Shown here: one piece after another, positions 38,074 through 52,915 of the stretch | Numbering within the stretch: position 1 is the stretch's first letter | Layout of the letters: each line of letters opens with the position of its first letter | Source: Octopus vulgaris | Lineage: Eukaryota | NCBI GenBank assembly: GCA_951406725.2 | Contig: OX597830.1 | Coordinates: 5,890,001 to 5,954,000, forward strand | DNA length: 64,000 nt | Reading direction: 5' to 3' | Position numbers and translations under genes: made by a program | Notes under the pieces: model-generated | What the model was told of the DNA's origin: nothing | Seen by the model: only the letters and a program-made list of their open reading frames with translations | Database searches by the model: none

Positions 38074-38854
38074 TACGTCAGTCAAATTTATACCAATTTA
38101 TGCAGTGCACATAAAACAGCAGAACAGCCAGTGTCTAAACAGATTGCATGTCGTCATTCTTTGTTCGTTCTGATAGATTCGAACGTAAATATGCTTAACA
38201 CTCTTTGGAGAAAGAACTCCTCCTTATTGGCGATATGTGTTTATAACACACGCGATTCAGTGACATAAAGGTAATTTGAAACGTTGCCATCTGTCAATGA
38301 ATCATTATGATCGCACAACAGCGATCAATATATCGACATTCGAATCTGCCAGAACGTATCACGAATGAATAAATACATTATTGTTTTGGTTCTCGCTGAT
38401 TTGCGTGTTCCTCAAGAGGAGTATCACAAAATAAAATAAGCATTATAGGGCGAAACCCCCGACAAGAATATCTGCCGCTTTCACAAGGAATAGAAATAAA
38501 GTAAAAGACTTCCTGCAGTAACAGGTAATCCGTTCTTTAGAAAAATGTTCTTCGGTAAATTTAGGTTTAATGTACACAAAAATAAAAGAAACAAAAGAAA
38601 ATCATCAAAAATATAAACGATCAAATTATCAAGAAAGCAACGACCATAACAACCTCATCAAGGAAAGAAAGAAAACGAGAAAACATAGGGCGGAATTCAC
38701 CAGCAGCAGCAGAAGGTTGGGATGGCGAGTAACGGGTTGCACACCACAGAACGAATGTCGTGTGCGTATTTAGCCACGTGTGGCAGACATTATTGTAAAG
38801 GTGTTTCAACGAAGAATGACACCCACCGCAGCAGCGGTGTCCAAATAAATATAT

Positions 38855-39070
38855 ATTTCTTTACTATCCACAAGGGACTAAACACAGAGGGGACAAACAA
38901 GGATAGACAAAGGGATTAAGTCGATTACATCGACCCCAGTGCCTAACTGGTACTTAATTTATCGACCCCGAAAGGATGAAAGCCAAAGTCGACCTCGGCG
39001 GAATTTGAACTCGGAACGTAACGACAGAGGAAATACGGCTACGCATTTCGGTTTCTGCCAGCTCGCCGCC
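38855..39070 (-). mobile_element. full SINE family 1 copy
   Basis: GGCGGCGAGCTGGCAGAAAC head plus core and tail; AAATAAATAT occurs on both flanks (possible TSD). Confidence 0.9.
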
Positions 39071-39122
39071 AAATAAATATAACAAAATAATATGCTCTTG
39101 AACAAGTTAGGTCATTGTAAAG

Positions 39123-39447
39123 CAGTGGTTATCAAGCAGGGATCAATATGGCCATTGAGGGCACAATTAGTTTGTTGCAGGTCTACAAAAAAAAATAGTA
39201 AATCAGGGGGACAAAATCGTATTTTTAAGGCTTTTGCAAAAATTTTGCTTTAGATGTAATTATTGGTATGCATTGCAAGAAACGTGTGTTAAACAAAATG
39301 TGTGTTAAACAAAACAAGAATTTTGACAGAAGTATCTCTAAAATTAGTTTTTAAATATTAAGTGTGTGTGTGGGGGGAGAGGTGTCAACAGAATAAAATA
39401 GTAATCGAAGGGGGTCCATAAATAAAAAAAATGGTTGAGAACCCCTG
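39123..39447. mobile_element. hAT (Charlie-like) MITE
   Basis: termini CAGTGGTTATCAA / GGTTGAGAACCCCTG; flanks TTGTAAAG / TCCTAAAG resemble a decayed 8-bp TSD. Confidence 0.75.
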
Positions 39448-40121
39448 TCCTAAAGCAATGCAAAAGTATCTTATTACTCGTTGCTCCGGCACACTCAGCA
39501 ATTATTTCAGAAGGAGCCAGCCTTGTCTGACTCCCTCTGAAAACCACGTTAAGAGTACGGATGTCGGCGGAGTGCTCTTCCTCTCGCACCTTAATTTCAC
39601 TAGCAAGCAGTTCCAATGATTGGATCAAATAGGACCCTCGTCTTTGTAACCGACGGAGTACCATTAACCATGTTAAATTGTGGGAACTTGTTTTAGCGAT
39701 GGCATAAAACGGAATGTCGAGGGTCGTTTCTGAGAAGATTCTTACCAAAAGAAAAAAGTTAAATAAAATAAATTTAATTACAACTGCTTCCGCCCTTCTG
39801 CGGTTGCCATTTCATATAGACGTTAAAGCTCTCGTGGACAGAATGAACAACACAACATGCGAATTGTTCCAGCTGATACGAACGAGACATCATCGAAACT
39901 CATACAATGAAGATCGATAGATAAACAATGTAAATCTATCAGTTCAGAAGGCTTCAGTTCATGGCCGAAGGTGTTTACTGACAGGAAACACAACCAGGAA
40001 ACTTTTCCATCTCCGACTTGCTTTCACGCCATTTTCTTTTCTTTCTTCCATTACTTCAGTCTTTCTCCCCCTCCTCTACTCTCTTCCTCTCTCTCTCTCT
40101 CAATATATATACATACATATA

Positions 40122-41796
40122 TCTCTCTATATATAAAACTGAGAATGTGTGTCTGTCTGTCTGCGTGTTTCCCTAAAACTTGAGAACTACACAATTAAAT
40201 TTTTTGCCTAGGGCGTGCCCACAGCAATATCATATCTTCTACACTACGATTCCCTAAAACTTGAGAACTACGCAATCAATTTCATTCAAATTTTACACAT
40301 GCCTTACTTAGGGTCCATGTAGTTTTATGGGCAAAAATAAATGTTCAACTTCTTGCCTAGGGCGAGCCCATAGCAATATCATATCTTCTCCACTATTTCA
40401 GTATTACGTGTTAAAAGTGAAACAAAAACATCTCTCTATTTTATGTCAGATACTTTCACTTTAACAATAAAAATTAGAGATAATAATAACAATTGAATTA
40501 TATGTAGTAAGTAATAATTAAAATCAAACTAAAGTATAATATAATAATTAAAATGTAACATAACAATTAAAGTAAAAATAGCAATTGGTATAAAATTGCA
40601 TCAATGACTTGAACTTGAATAAGTGGTTTCACATGAATGGGAATAAATAAAAATTTAAGTGCAGAAATGGAATAGTCCAGATGGAGCTGTACACATACCT
40701 TTTACCACGGCTTTTACATTAGATTATCTGCTAATTAGCTAGAATTAAGTATCTATATGAAGTTTGGATGTATGTAATGTCTGTTTTCTCGAACAGCCGC
40801 TTTTACTGAGTACTGCTGTTGGTTTATTTCTTGTACATAAAGGACAATAGCTTCAACTGCGTACTGATTTTATTTCACCGTAACGTTTGTTGTTATTATT
40901 ATTACTGTTTAACTATTGTTATCACGTTTGTTGTTTCCTCGAAAGGGAAACGTTATTGTGTTGCATTTGTTAAATAATTGTTAACCGTAACCCTCCCCCT
41001 TTGGAAGAAGGAGCTATGGTTATTGTTTAAAAATTGAATTGTGTCCCTGTTTGGGGAAATTGACAATATTTTCACCGTTTATATGGAAGCATTTTTGTTA
41101 AAATGCCTTCGATAGAAGAAAGTTCAAAAAGGAATTCCGCTACAGCCGTCGGCGGGCGCGAACTCATTAAAATTAAAATGGAAGAAACAGAAACCTATTT
41201 CGGATTGATCAACGACAAAGGCGGTGAATCTAGGATAACACCACAAAACGATATAAAAAATTAAATTAAAGAAAAGACTATTGTCTATAAAGTATACAAT
41301 GTAGAGAAAAAAAAGATTTGAACACCTGGAAGAAAGCACCATCGAAAAGTGTCTTGGTGCGACTAAGAAAGATATCTAACCAGAGGCGGTAAATTCGCCA
41401 CAATAGAAGCAAGGTTCGAGTCAACGGAGCGTGCAAGGGAGTACTCGACTCGAACCTTGCAAAGTGGAAATATTTTATTTTTACCTTTATATCTGGGACG
41501 TAGGACGTCCCGGATAAAAATTAAAAATGGCCCCCCAGAAATAGAGGTAGGCTGGATTGTAGCCACACTTCTATACAAGAGGGAGGACAAGATACAATTG
41601 ATTGAAATTACAAGAGACGGGCTAACAATTCCATTTTGTTATATATTTTGAGTATTGTTATCACTAGCGATATCAAGATATAACTTTGTATTTTGTATTT
41701 TATGTGTAGATGTATATATATAGATGTGCATGTAATATGTACAATTATATACATGCACTAGCACTATGACCCGGCAATGACTGGTCATAATGCTAG
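40122..41796 (+). mobile_element. non-autonomous Helitron
   Basis: A|TC 5' end with TATATAAAA and (GTCT)n subterminal tract; 3' hairpin TATGACC...GGTCATA followed by CTAG|T. Confidence 0.78.
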
Positions 41797-41968
41797 TATA
41801 TATATATTTATATATATACATGTTATCACTAGCGATATCAAGATATAACTTTGTATTTTGAATTTTATGTGTAGATGTATATATATAGATGTATATGTAA
41901 TATGTACACTTATATACATGGACTAGCACTATGATCCGGCAATGACTGGTCATAATGTTAGTATATAT
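41656..41968 (+). repeat. 165-bp tandem duplication of the Helitron 3' terminus
   Basis: 41656-41820 repeated from 41821. Confidence 0.9.
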
Positions 41969-42359
41969 AAATACATGCATATATATATGTGTGTGTGTGT
42001 ATGTGTGTGCGTATATATAGATATATATATAATACTTATACATACAAACACACGCATATATGAGCCGGGACAGGAATAACATACACACTCACACACGTAT
42101 AACACACGTTCGTCTGGAGACTCGACAGATTCAGTTTCTCATTCTTCGACACACCTTTGCGAACAATCTCTCTCCAAGTCCCACCCCTATGTCCTCCTCC
42201 CTTCCTCACCAGCTACTCTCACTCTCTCACTTTCTTTCTCTACTCCTCCCCCCACACAAGATGTTGCCCAGACACGACCAGGCAACTTCCGCTACGGTGC
42301 CACAGTCTTATAAACGCAGAAACCACCTTCCATATCGTCGAACAAGACTGTCCAGCCAT

Positions 42360-42391
<32 letters not shown>

Positions 42392-42539
42392 TTACTACTA
42401 CTACTACTAAACAAATAGGACAGTGAAGAACAATGGTCCTGTGATTCAACGGTCCTGTCAACGGAAGATTTATCTCTTTTGCTTAATTTTGTCTGCTGTC
42501 TGAGAATTAATGGCGCACTAAATGAAGGAGATCTTCCTT

Positions 42540-42960
42540 CATCACCATCGTCATCATCATCATTATCATTATTGTCGTCGACATCTTCGTCATCGTCGTC
42601 GATGTCTCTTCATCATATTTTTTCTTCTTGTTCTTCGCCATCGTCTTCCTTGTGTCTTATTTCTTCTTCTTCTTCTTCTTCTTCTTCTTCTTCTTCTTCT
42701 TCTTCTTCTTCTACTTCTCCTCTTCTTCTTCTTCTTCTTCTTCTTCTTCTTCTTCTCTTTCTTCTTTCTACTTCTTTCTCCTTCTTCTTTCTTTCTTTCT
42801 TTCTTCTCCTTCTTCTCCTTCTTCTCTTCTTTCTTTCTTTCTTTCTTTCTCCTTCTTTCTTCTCCTTCTTTCTCTTCTTCTTTTTTCTCTTCTTCTTCTT
42901 TTCTTTCTTCTTCTTCTTCTTCCTCCTCCACCTCCTCCTCTCCATCTCCTCATTTCCCAC
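42540..42960. repeat. (CAT)/(CTT)/(TTTC) low-complexity tract
   Basis: direct inspection. Confidence 0.95.
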
Positions 42961-43144
42961 CCTCCTCCTTATTCTTTCTACGAAACACCCAAGCAACAAT
43001 TAGAAAATTATGAAAATTTAGAAAAAAAACAAAAATAAAGCAAATACACAAGCAACAATGTAAATGATTTCTGACTGAAGCACAAGTCTGACCAATGGAG
43101 ACAATTGTCATTTTTATCTCAACGCTGAAAATATTCCAAAAGGA

Positions 43145-43214
43145 TAGTAGTAGCAGCAGTAGTAGTAGTTGTAGTGGTAGTAGTAGTAGTAGTAGTTGTA
43201 GTAGTAGTAGTAGT

Positions 43215-43249
<35 letters not shown>

Positions 43250-43314
43250 TAGTAGTAGCAGCAGCAGCAGTAGTAGTAGTAGTAGTAGTAGTAGTAGCAG
43301 CAGCAGTAGTAGCA

Positions 43315-43346
<32 letters not shown>

Positions 43347-43414
43347 GGTGGTAGTATTAGTAGTAGTGGTAGTAGAAGTGATAGTAGCAGCAATAGTAGT
43401 ACAAGTGGTAGTAT

Positions 43415-43447
<33 letters not shown>

Positions 43448-43453
43448 AAGTAT

Positions 43454-43496
<43 letters not shown>
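43145..43496. repeat. (TAG)n/(CAG)n array
   Basis: direct inspection; source of the poly-S/V/T ORFs. Confidence 0.96.
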
Positions 43497-43497
<1 letters not shown>

Positions 43498-44319
43498 TTC
43501 ATCGTTCATGTGTATAATCCATTACTGACAATATTTTAAGGAAAATGTTATGAATTAAAATCTTAAAATAATTTCTCCCTCCACAAAATCATTTCTATCT
43601 CCGGTTTACCGGGCCATACACAGGGTGAGGGCTTCTGCATTGTCATCGAGGCCCTCAAGAACACTATACAAACTCACTCAAATCGCATTGCATAGTCTTA
43701 AAATAAAAGAAATGTACATTGGATAATGTAAAGCTAAATAGGACAAAATGACGGGATGGTCATACTGGAATGTCAGTCATATTTGCCGTTAAACCCTTTC
43801 TAAAGTCTTAAATCTTTAAGGATGCGACTAGTCGATTACATCGACTCCATCACCCAAATAGTGCTTATTTCATTGACCCCCCCAAAAAAATGAATGGCCT
43901 CTGCGGAATTTGAACACAGAACGCAAAGACAGAAGATTTTTGGGAAGCATTCAGTCCTGAGTTCTATGGATTCTGCCAGATGGCCTCCATATATCTGCAG
44001 CTATGCATTTTCTTCTAATGTTAGGCAAAAATGCCTGCAGTTTCTGAGAAAACGAGTGGAAGCGTCAATTACATTTGCCACAGTAGTTAAGAGGAACTTT
44101 ATTTGATCGGCTCCAGAGAGATGGAGGACAAACTTCACATCGGCAGGCCTTCAACTCAAAACATAAAGAGGAAGAACAAATGATGCAAAGCGATTTTGCC
44201 GTCGCTCTACCGATTCTGCCAATCCGTGACCTTCTTGCATTTAAATAATTGCTTCTAATTTTAGACACAGGGTCAATAAATTTTTAGCAAACCAATGGTA
44301 TTTTATTTCTTATTTTTCA

Positions 44320-44546
44320 TTTCTTTATTGCCCACAAGGGGCTAAACATAGTGGACAAACAAGGATAGACAAAGGAATTAAGTCGATTATATCGACCCCA
44401 GAGCGTAACTGGTACTTATTTAATCGACCCCGAAAGGATGAAAGCCAAAGTCGATCTCAGCGGAATTTGAACTCAGAACGTAACGGCAGACGAAATACCG
44501 CTAAGCATTTCGCCCGGCGTGCTAACGTTTCTGCCAGCTCACCGCC
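44320..44546 (-). mobile_element. full SINE family 1 copy with target-site duplication
   Basis: AACCAATGGTATTTTATTTC flanks both sides (44290-44309 and 44548-44567). Confidence 0.92.
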
Positions 44547-44854
44547 TAACCAATGGTATTTTATTTCATCGATAAAAGCAATGAGGCTTTGGCAGAAATT
44601 GAACTCTGAACGTAGAGAACTGGAACGTTTTTCTTGACCCTACCATCCCGTTGCTCACCAGCAACTAAAGGATAGTTTGTAATGGTTTCTGACTGGTGTA
44701 CAAGGCCAGCAATCATGAAAGATTTAGCTCAGAGCTGCTGACCCCTTATCTCCCTATGGACCTCATTCATACTTATTTAAGTCCCCTGGCCCCTCAAAGC
44801 CATTCCATGTTTAAGAAAATATGTTGTCTTGTTTCTTTCTTTTTATAATTAATT

Positions 44855-45075
44855 ATATTCTTTCATTTGTTTCAATCATTTGACTGCGGCCGTGCTGGAG
44901 CAGCGCCTTGAAGGATTTCAGTCGAAGAAATCGACCCTAGAACTTATTCTTTGTAAGCCTAGTACATATTCTATCGTTCATATCTGCTGAACCGCAAATG
45001 TTACGGGGACGTAAACACACCATCATCGGTTGTCAAGCAATGGTGGAGGAAGAAGCACAGACACAAAGACACAGA

Positions 45076-45119
<44 letters not shown>

Positions 45120-45283
45120 TGACGTCTTTCTTTCACTTTTCGTCTACCAAATCCACTTACAAGGCTTTGGCCAGCCTGAGACTATAGTAGAAGACACTTG
45201 GCCAAGATTCCACGCAGCGGAACTGAACCCAGAACCGTGTAGTTGGGAAGCAAGCTTCTTACCACACAGCCACGCCTGCGCAT
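44855..45283 (-). mobile_element. full SINE family 2 copy with internal (TA)n
   Basis: minus strand GCGCAGGCGTGGCTGTGTGGTAAGAAGCTTGC head, CORE-like motif, tail GACTGCGGCCGTGCTGGAGC on plus strand. Confidence 0.9.
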
Positions 45284-47699
45284 GCTAGGAAATATTTTAT
45301 AAAAAATTAAAACCTTTTGTGTATTGTAGAAGTATAAGAAATATATTGCTCATAAACTGTAACAAAAAATATTGTCTTATATGAATCCGGAAAGCTCATA
45401 TGGCTCCCCAAGTGTCCTGCTGACCTCAGCTGAGAACGACGGGCTTAGTCGATATATTCAACCAGTTGATTGGTATTTTATTTTATCGATCCGAAGGATG
45501 AAAGGCTAGGTTGATCTCAGCACTATTTGAACGCAGAACATTAAAAAATCCTTGGACCTCATATTAATAATCGTACTTTTATCAATCCCTCGAGGAATTG
45601 AAGGGAAAGTGCATACCAATTAGATTCGAACGTGAAAAGAAACTGCTATAAATAAAACGTCGTTTTCACCGCCTCTTTACCAATTCTACAGATGCCAGTT
45701 GCCATAGTATTCACAGATTTGATTTATTGTTCCGATTCTGAGACTCGATTAACTTATTCGGTCTGTAGGAATATGCTATACAAGACATTCCATTCCAATA
45801 CTTAGCTTGACACTTTTGTTTTATGTTCTTTACTTAAATATCACTTTATCTCTGTCTCCCATTATATCTCATCGTTTGTTGTCTCTTCATCTCTCCTTTT
45901 GTCTGTCGTACATCATCGTCTTCCTAGTCTTTTCCATGCACCTCATCACAACCACAAAACTTTACGTCAACAGGCAGACACTGAAGTGTTTGGGAATCGT
46001 CTGCCACATTTCAAATGAAGAAAACAGATTCTAATAGTCTTCGTAATTGTAAAGAAAATATCTCAATTGGAGAGGAAGAATAGATATTGATAAATCTAAA
46101 GAAACTTTCGTTATTTTAGCAGGAAATCTATATGGAAAGAAAATATTTGTGTAAGCAGAAGATGTTGCATTTCTTAAAGTGTAGCTCACAACAATGCTTG
46201 ATCGGCAGAAATATTGGTGAAATGGCATTTAAATATCTATTTATTTATCGCTGTCGGTGGTCGGTTGAGGCAGTTGACAATTTTCACTGGCAGCGAATTC
46301 TTCATAATCTGACAAGAATATTAATATATATTAATTTGGCTAATGCTATGCGTTTATGGGTCAGTCGGTTTCGAAGAGGACTGAAACGACCGCACTATAT
46401 AACTGGTATTTATTCTCATTGTTTATTGAGCACTGAGAGATGGGAGACAAAATAAAAACATGATGAATATGATGAAGACATTTAGAAGGCAATTTGGAGG
46501 AGAAAAACCCTCGTTCATATGCGCAAACAAATACACAAAAAGGTCTCATCAATTTGACAAACTCTGCGCGCACTCACACTAATATTGTATCAAGTGTTTC
46601 TATATCAACAACTCTTTTGATTCATATCATAAGAGTTTGCCATGGAGAATACAAGAGTTATTGTCTCGTGTCCTAGGTCCGCTTACTCAGTTCCCATGAT
46701 CTATAACTAAGTGGTCGAGAGCACAACATTCTGCTTCAACAGGATGTCAATAAGTTGCTGGATTACTCATTTAAATTTAAGTGGACTGGAGGAAATTTAA
46801 GGGTACTGGAGGAAAGAGACATGAAATGATTTGCTGACGAACGCAGCGCACCGCCCTGTCCGTGAAACACAGCTATGATCTAACCAGTTACCCAACGCCG
46901 AACAAACAATACCATAAAATAAACCACAGCACGGCTGATAGTCCGCGGGACATTAAAATATGCAACACAGCACATACAGTGCCACATAGTGAACAGATTG
47001 ACCAGCCGTTAGTACGACACATAAGATAACTCACACAAGTGGTAAGGGTTCGTTTCAGACGTGCCGTGGGTATTGTAATCATACCCATAACCCATTTCTT
47101 CCAGGGAAATATCGAGATAAAATAAATACAAAGCAGGAGACAGAACGAAGTCTCAGCCCCACTATGTGAGAAATTATGTATCGACCCCCGAAATCCATGA
47201 AGGCAAAGCTGCCATGACCAGAATTTGAACCCAACGTGCAGAGATACGGAACTAGTATCATGAGGCATTCTGTCCATCACCACTAGATAACTACCATATA
47301 ATAGGTTTCTACAACAATGAAACAATTGTAACTGAATTAAATGTAACCTTCCTCAAACACGATATAACAATGTTCCTTTGTCCACATGAGGGAAGAATAA
47401 GGCTGATGCCTTCATGTGAAGGCGAGCAAGTGTATACACATATGATAAATATATCACTTGATGAAGAACAGGAATTCAACAGTGCAAAAATTATTCTTTT
47501 ACTGAAAAGGCATCAGGAGAATAAAAAGGCCGATTATTTGTTGTTAATGAACTGAACTGGTTTATGGAAATGGCTACTTTCTATCAGGGAATTATATTTT
47601 ACTTGATATTCCAAGAGAGAATCTTTATATAGCCGATTCAGTATTTCGCTATCAACTTCTAATGCGTAAATCCGATGTAGAGAATATGCAATACGTAAT

Positions 47700-48360
47700 A
47701 AAGAACATACTCACCATTTGCGAAGAAATGATTCCTTCCTGCTACACTCAAAACTTAAACTTTATTTCATTCCTGCCTACAGTCAATAGATTAGGTTACT
47801 TGTCATTAAGATCTCTATCAACTATGCACAATCTTCTTTTCCTAAACCTCTCATTTATGCTGATTCTACCGCAGGAGAACGTCTTGAACACAGGGTAAAC
47901 CTCTTCTAAATAACCATATCTTCCTCCTCCATCCTTCTGGCATCCAGCTTCAAACCAATAAGGCCATCGACCCCGACCCTATGTCTTCTATTAAGCTTTT
48001 AAAATATGCCCTGTATCCTCGCTGAACACTTTTGGCAGGTTAGGTGTTAACTCTGTGGAAGTTATGTTGAAGTTTATAAAATCCTTACATCGTGTTGCGT
48101 TAACAAGTGCAACTCCTCGCTCTCATCCAAACAGCTACCCTATCGCTCTCAATTCCAACATTTCAAAAGTACTGGACATAACCATTACGAACACTCGTCT
48201 TCCACACCCGGAATCTCTCTCCTTCCTAAATGACCACTATTACTACCATTATAGTAAAGCCAGGGCAATTGTTAATTCACTGGAGACGCTCGGTAGAAGG
48301 ATCTCACCATCGAATGCAGTTTCGTTAACTCCAAGCAATATCGCGCTCCAATGACACCAT
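47700..48360 (-). mobile_element. highly degenerate CR1/L2-group LINE RT remnant
   Basis: minus-strand translation loosely recalls LDxxKAFDxV..L..KL..G..G..W; many stops. Confidence 0.3.
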
Positions 48361-49785
48361 TAATTCTATAAGAGTCATAACCCCAATATCCATGTCTATA
48401 TATTCACAGTCATGTGACTATATCTTTCTATGAAGCATTCAGCTGGTATAGTTCGAACGAGTTAATTAGTTAACTTTAATTGACAAGAAACGTCTGTCAA
48501 TAACTGATCTATCATTTTGTCGACACTTTGTCCTCATCACATTCGATTAAAATTAGTTATTGAATCTATATTTTCCTCCTCTCATTACAACCTTAATTGT
48601 AATTAATTCTTTAATTATCTTTTACCAATTACATTAAGTATATTACCATTCTCTTAAGTATTGACTTATCTTCAATGTAAGTGGTTTGCAACAGCTGCTG
48701 TTTCCTCGCCAACACAGGAGGAGGAAGTTAGCAGTGAAATGCAACGACAGCATCGTTGCTTTAAAACAGAGATAAGAAAAGTCCTTTCCTGTATTACATT
48801 TACGTGACCAGATTTCACTTCCAGTTTATCTTGTCATTAGTATGAAGTCATTGTTACTTCCGACGATGGTGTTTTATTGTATAATTTTGTTGAAAGGCGG
48901 AAACCCACTATTTGCAATTGGAAGTGGATACGCTTACACTTATTGCTCGAAGATGAGCGTTTGAGCAAAATAAAATGGTTTGACTTGATTCTTTAAAATT
49001 TTTCCCGTTGACAACTATTTAATAACTCAAATACAGAAAATCGAGGAGTGTTCAGTTGAAACCGCAAAGTCGACTGTCAGGAAACTCCCTACTTTATTCC
49101 GAACACAAATGCGTAGGCTCTTATTTCACACATTGTGAAGTTTTGTAATTTTAAAATTAATTTAAATTCTTCTGATTTACGCTGATCTGTGAGAATAATA
49201 CGAGAACAAAATCCGTTATTTTCACACGTTCAGTCATAAAATAACCTGAGACACGCTTATTCGGTGAAATACAACAGTAACAGCAACAACAAGAATGAAA
49301 AAATATCGGCAGTACGATAATGTTGACATTTCATTAGATTTCAGGAATGTGGTAAACTGTATTCCTAAATTTTCTTGCAAATTCATTTGGAAAAAAAATC
49401 GTTTGCTGACTTCATGTAACTTTTAGTCTTCCGCCCTTATTGCATGCATCTTCTTTGACACCTACCGAGTTATCAAACTGTGATGAACTAAAGTTCACAT
49501 ATGTATGCACACACACATGCGCATGCATAGAAACATACATACATACATACATACATACACATCCATACATATTCTTTTATTCATTTATTTGTTACTGCGG
49601 CCATGCTGGAGCACCGCCTTTAGTACAAAAAGGCCACCCCAGGACTTGTTCTTTGTAAGCCTAGTGCTAATTCTATCGTTCTGTTTTGCCGAACGCCTAA
49701 GTTACAGGGGCGTAAACACACCAGCATCGGTTGTCAAGCGATGGCGGGGGACAAACACAGACACAGAGACAGACACACACACATA

Positions 49786-50030
49786 CACCGTGATCACCGT
49801 GATCACACATACACCGTGCTGTTACACATCGCTGGTCACAATGCGCTTTGCATTGTTTTAGCCTTCAAATGACGCCACCCCGCTGACTAAGCGAGCAGGC
49901 TAACAGAAGAAAGAGTGGAGCTTCGGGTGTTTTCGCTCAATAAACACTCACAATGCCCGGTCTGGGAATCGAAACCGCGATCCTACAACCGCGAGTCCAC
50001 TACACTAACCACTGGGCCATTGCGCCTCCA
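49786..50030 (-). mobile_element. SINE with family 3 head and a different tail, nested
   Basis: GGAGGCGCAATGGCCCAGTGGTTAGTG head; tail ends in (GGTGATCAC)-type repeats. Confidence 0.82.
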
Positions 50031-50041
50031 TATATACACAC

Positions 50042-50437
<396 letters not shown>

Positions 50438-50438
50438 A

Positions 50439-50496
<58 letters not shown>

Positions 50497-51477
50497 TACA
50501 TATATATACGACGGACTTCTTTCAGTTTCCGTTTACCAAATTCTCTCACAAGCCTTTACTGGGCCTGAGGCTATAGTAAAATACACTTACCCAAGGTGTC
50601 ACGCAGTGAGGCTGAACCCGAAACCATGTGGCTGGTAAGCAAGCTACTTACCACGCAGCCACTCCTGCACATATATACACATACACCTACATAAATAGAC
50701 ATATGTACACATGCATACATGCACAGACGCACACACACTCACACATACTTATTAGTAAAAATGTGAGGTAGCCTTCTCGAGTCATGACGGTTTCCGTGGC
50801 ATATAAATTCTCCACATGGGCGGAACGGCGCCCATTTCATGATTTTTGCCAGCTAAATAGAGTACAATGAAATGAAGTGTCTTGCTGAAGAACACAACCC
50901 GTTCCCGGTCGAGGTATCGAAACCACAACCCTACGTTCATGAATGCAACACCCTAATCACTAAGCCACGTGCTCCACCACCACACTATCTACTCACACAA
51001 AACTACTGAATTGATATATTTTCCGGAATGTGATGTTTAGTAAATAACAGAATTAAATTTATTGTAGATTTCAGTTGCAGTTGCGACAACAACCGGAAGA
51101 AGACTTTACATGTCCGGCTATTAGACACACATTTGTTTTTGGGATCTCATCTGACCATATTCTACAAAATTTTCTTTGAAACCTTTGCTTAGAATTTAGA
51201 ACATAGAGTCTGACCAAAGATTTGTAGTAAAAATAATCCAACTCCTTTCATCTGAAATGTTATTTGGAGGATATCTCCTCCATCAAATCTATGTCTATCC
51301 CGCATTTTGGTTAAAAATGATTAACATCGAGATTACAAAAACAGACCATTAGGAAAACGGTCTTGAATGGAAGTATTAGCAGTATCTCTTTGGCTGTCTA
51401 ATGTATTGTTACCTTATTCGATAGGTGGAATGTCGCCAGTTTGATGGATGAAATTCTTGGCAGGCATCTCTCTCGCT

Positions 51478-51527
<50 letters not shown>

Positions 51528-52629
51528 CTTTCTGTTTCTCTCTCTCATCTTGCTAGCAATGTCTTCGATTTGTCCTGATATACTAATCTACATTTGCTGT
51601 TTCTTTAAAATCATTTTCTTTTTCTTTCTTTCCAACTTTTTTTTGTCGGTTCATTTTACGAAAAGCAACATTTAAATGATTTGCCAAAATTGTGTTGTTT
51701 GTTAATTTTGGTACATGGCGTTTCTTAAAGGACTCGAAACTGTGATGATAATACTCAGAGCTTCACTGAAAGCTCCACTACTTCATATGTCGTTGATCTC
51801 CACCAGTACAATTGAAACGAACTGCTAATAAATCTTGTCGCTCCTCTGTATTTCATGAAATATGAAACATCTCTGAAGGAAGACTATAAATGACTTCTTG
51901 ATGGTGATATTATTGAGTTCATATCTCCATAGTGAGTACATGAAACAATGGCAAACACTGCTTTGTTATCGATTACACACAAACGATTAATCGATACGGT
52001 TTTCTAGATGCCTAGCCACTACTTTCTATCAAACATCTACGACGATGTTTTATGTCCGACAATAAATTCTACAGTAAACTAAATCTGATGCAGCAAACCA
52101 ACAGATCGCACATCAAAATTGGCGGTAAGTGATTCACTGTATTTCAGGCTGAGACTTATTCGAGTTTACCAAGTTAGCCTTTGGTGCTTACTAATGCCCT
52201 GATTGACTTTCAAAGACTGATTAATAGTTTAATAGCTTATAATAGTGTAATTGCTTATAATGTTATGACACAAGTTCACGCCTTATCGATGTTATTAATA
52301 TCGTTGACAAAACCATCGGGGAACATGAAGGGAATTCGGTTAAATATGTTCTCAGTTTCAGACATTCAACATTAAATTTACCAACGACTAACGTCATCAT
52401 CAAATAACCAACCAGTTCCTATTTAAAAGACAACACACTGCAGTCTGACTCCAAGAGCCTGTAACCCTTCATTGATTCCACGTCATCTTCAAATGCTAAA
52501 CATCTACAAAGACTACAGTGATTGATCGGTTCTTCCTTTAAATGGGTGACTTATTTCTCAGAACGACTCCAATCCATGCTAAAGTTTACTTTTCTACTGA
52601 AAACAAAAAACGATGCTCTTCATGTAGAG

Positions 52630-52915
52630 CAGAGGTTCTCAAACTTTTTGTCCCCCCCCCCCCCACCGCATGACCACATAATGCCCTCAGCGCCCCCACT
52701 TCTATTTTTCAGCATAAATAAATATTTCATATTTTACTAACTAATATATGTACTAAGACGTATTTGATATTTAATATAATATCATATATGTATACAATAC
52801 TATAATAATATTATAATGAATTCATAGCAACCCCCAATCCACCGCCTTCCTCCCAACGCCTCCTTTTTCCTTACAGCACCCCACCGCCTCCTTTGGCACC
52901 AGCGCCCACCTGGTT
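52630..52915. mobile_element. hAT-type MITE remnant (one terminus clear)
   Basis: CAGAGGTTCTCAAACTTTTT start and CGCCCCC subterminal motifs. Confidence 0.55.

Noticed and set aside
47250-47335. GAAACAATTGTA hammerhead 3' half
   Set aside because: The upstream sequence belongs to a degenerate SINE and has no CUGANGA core or stem II
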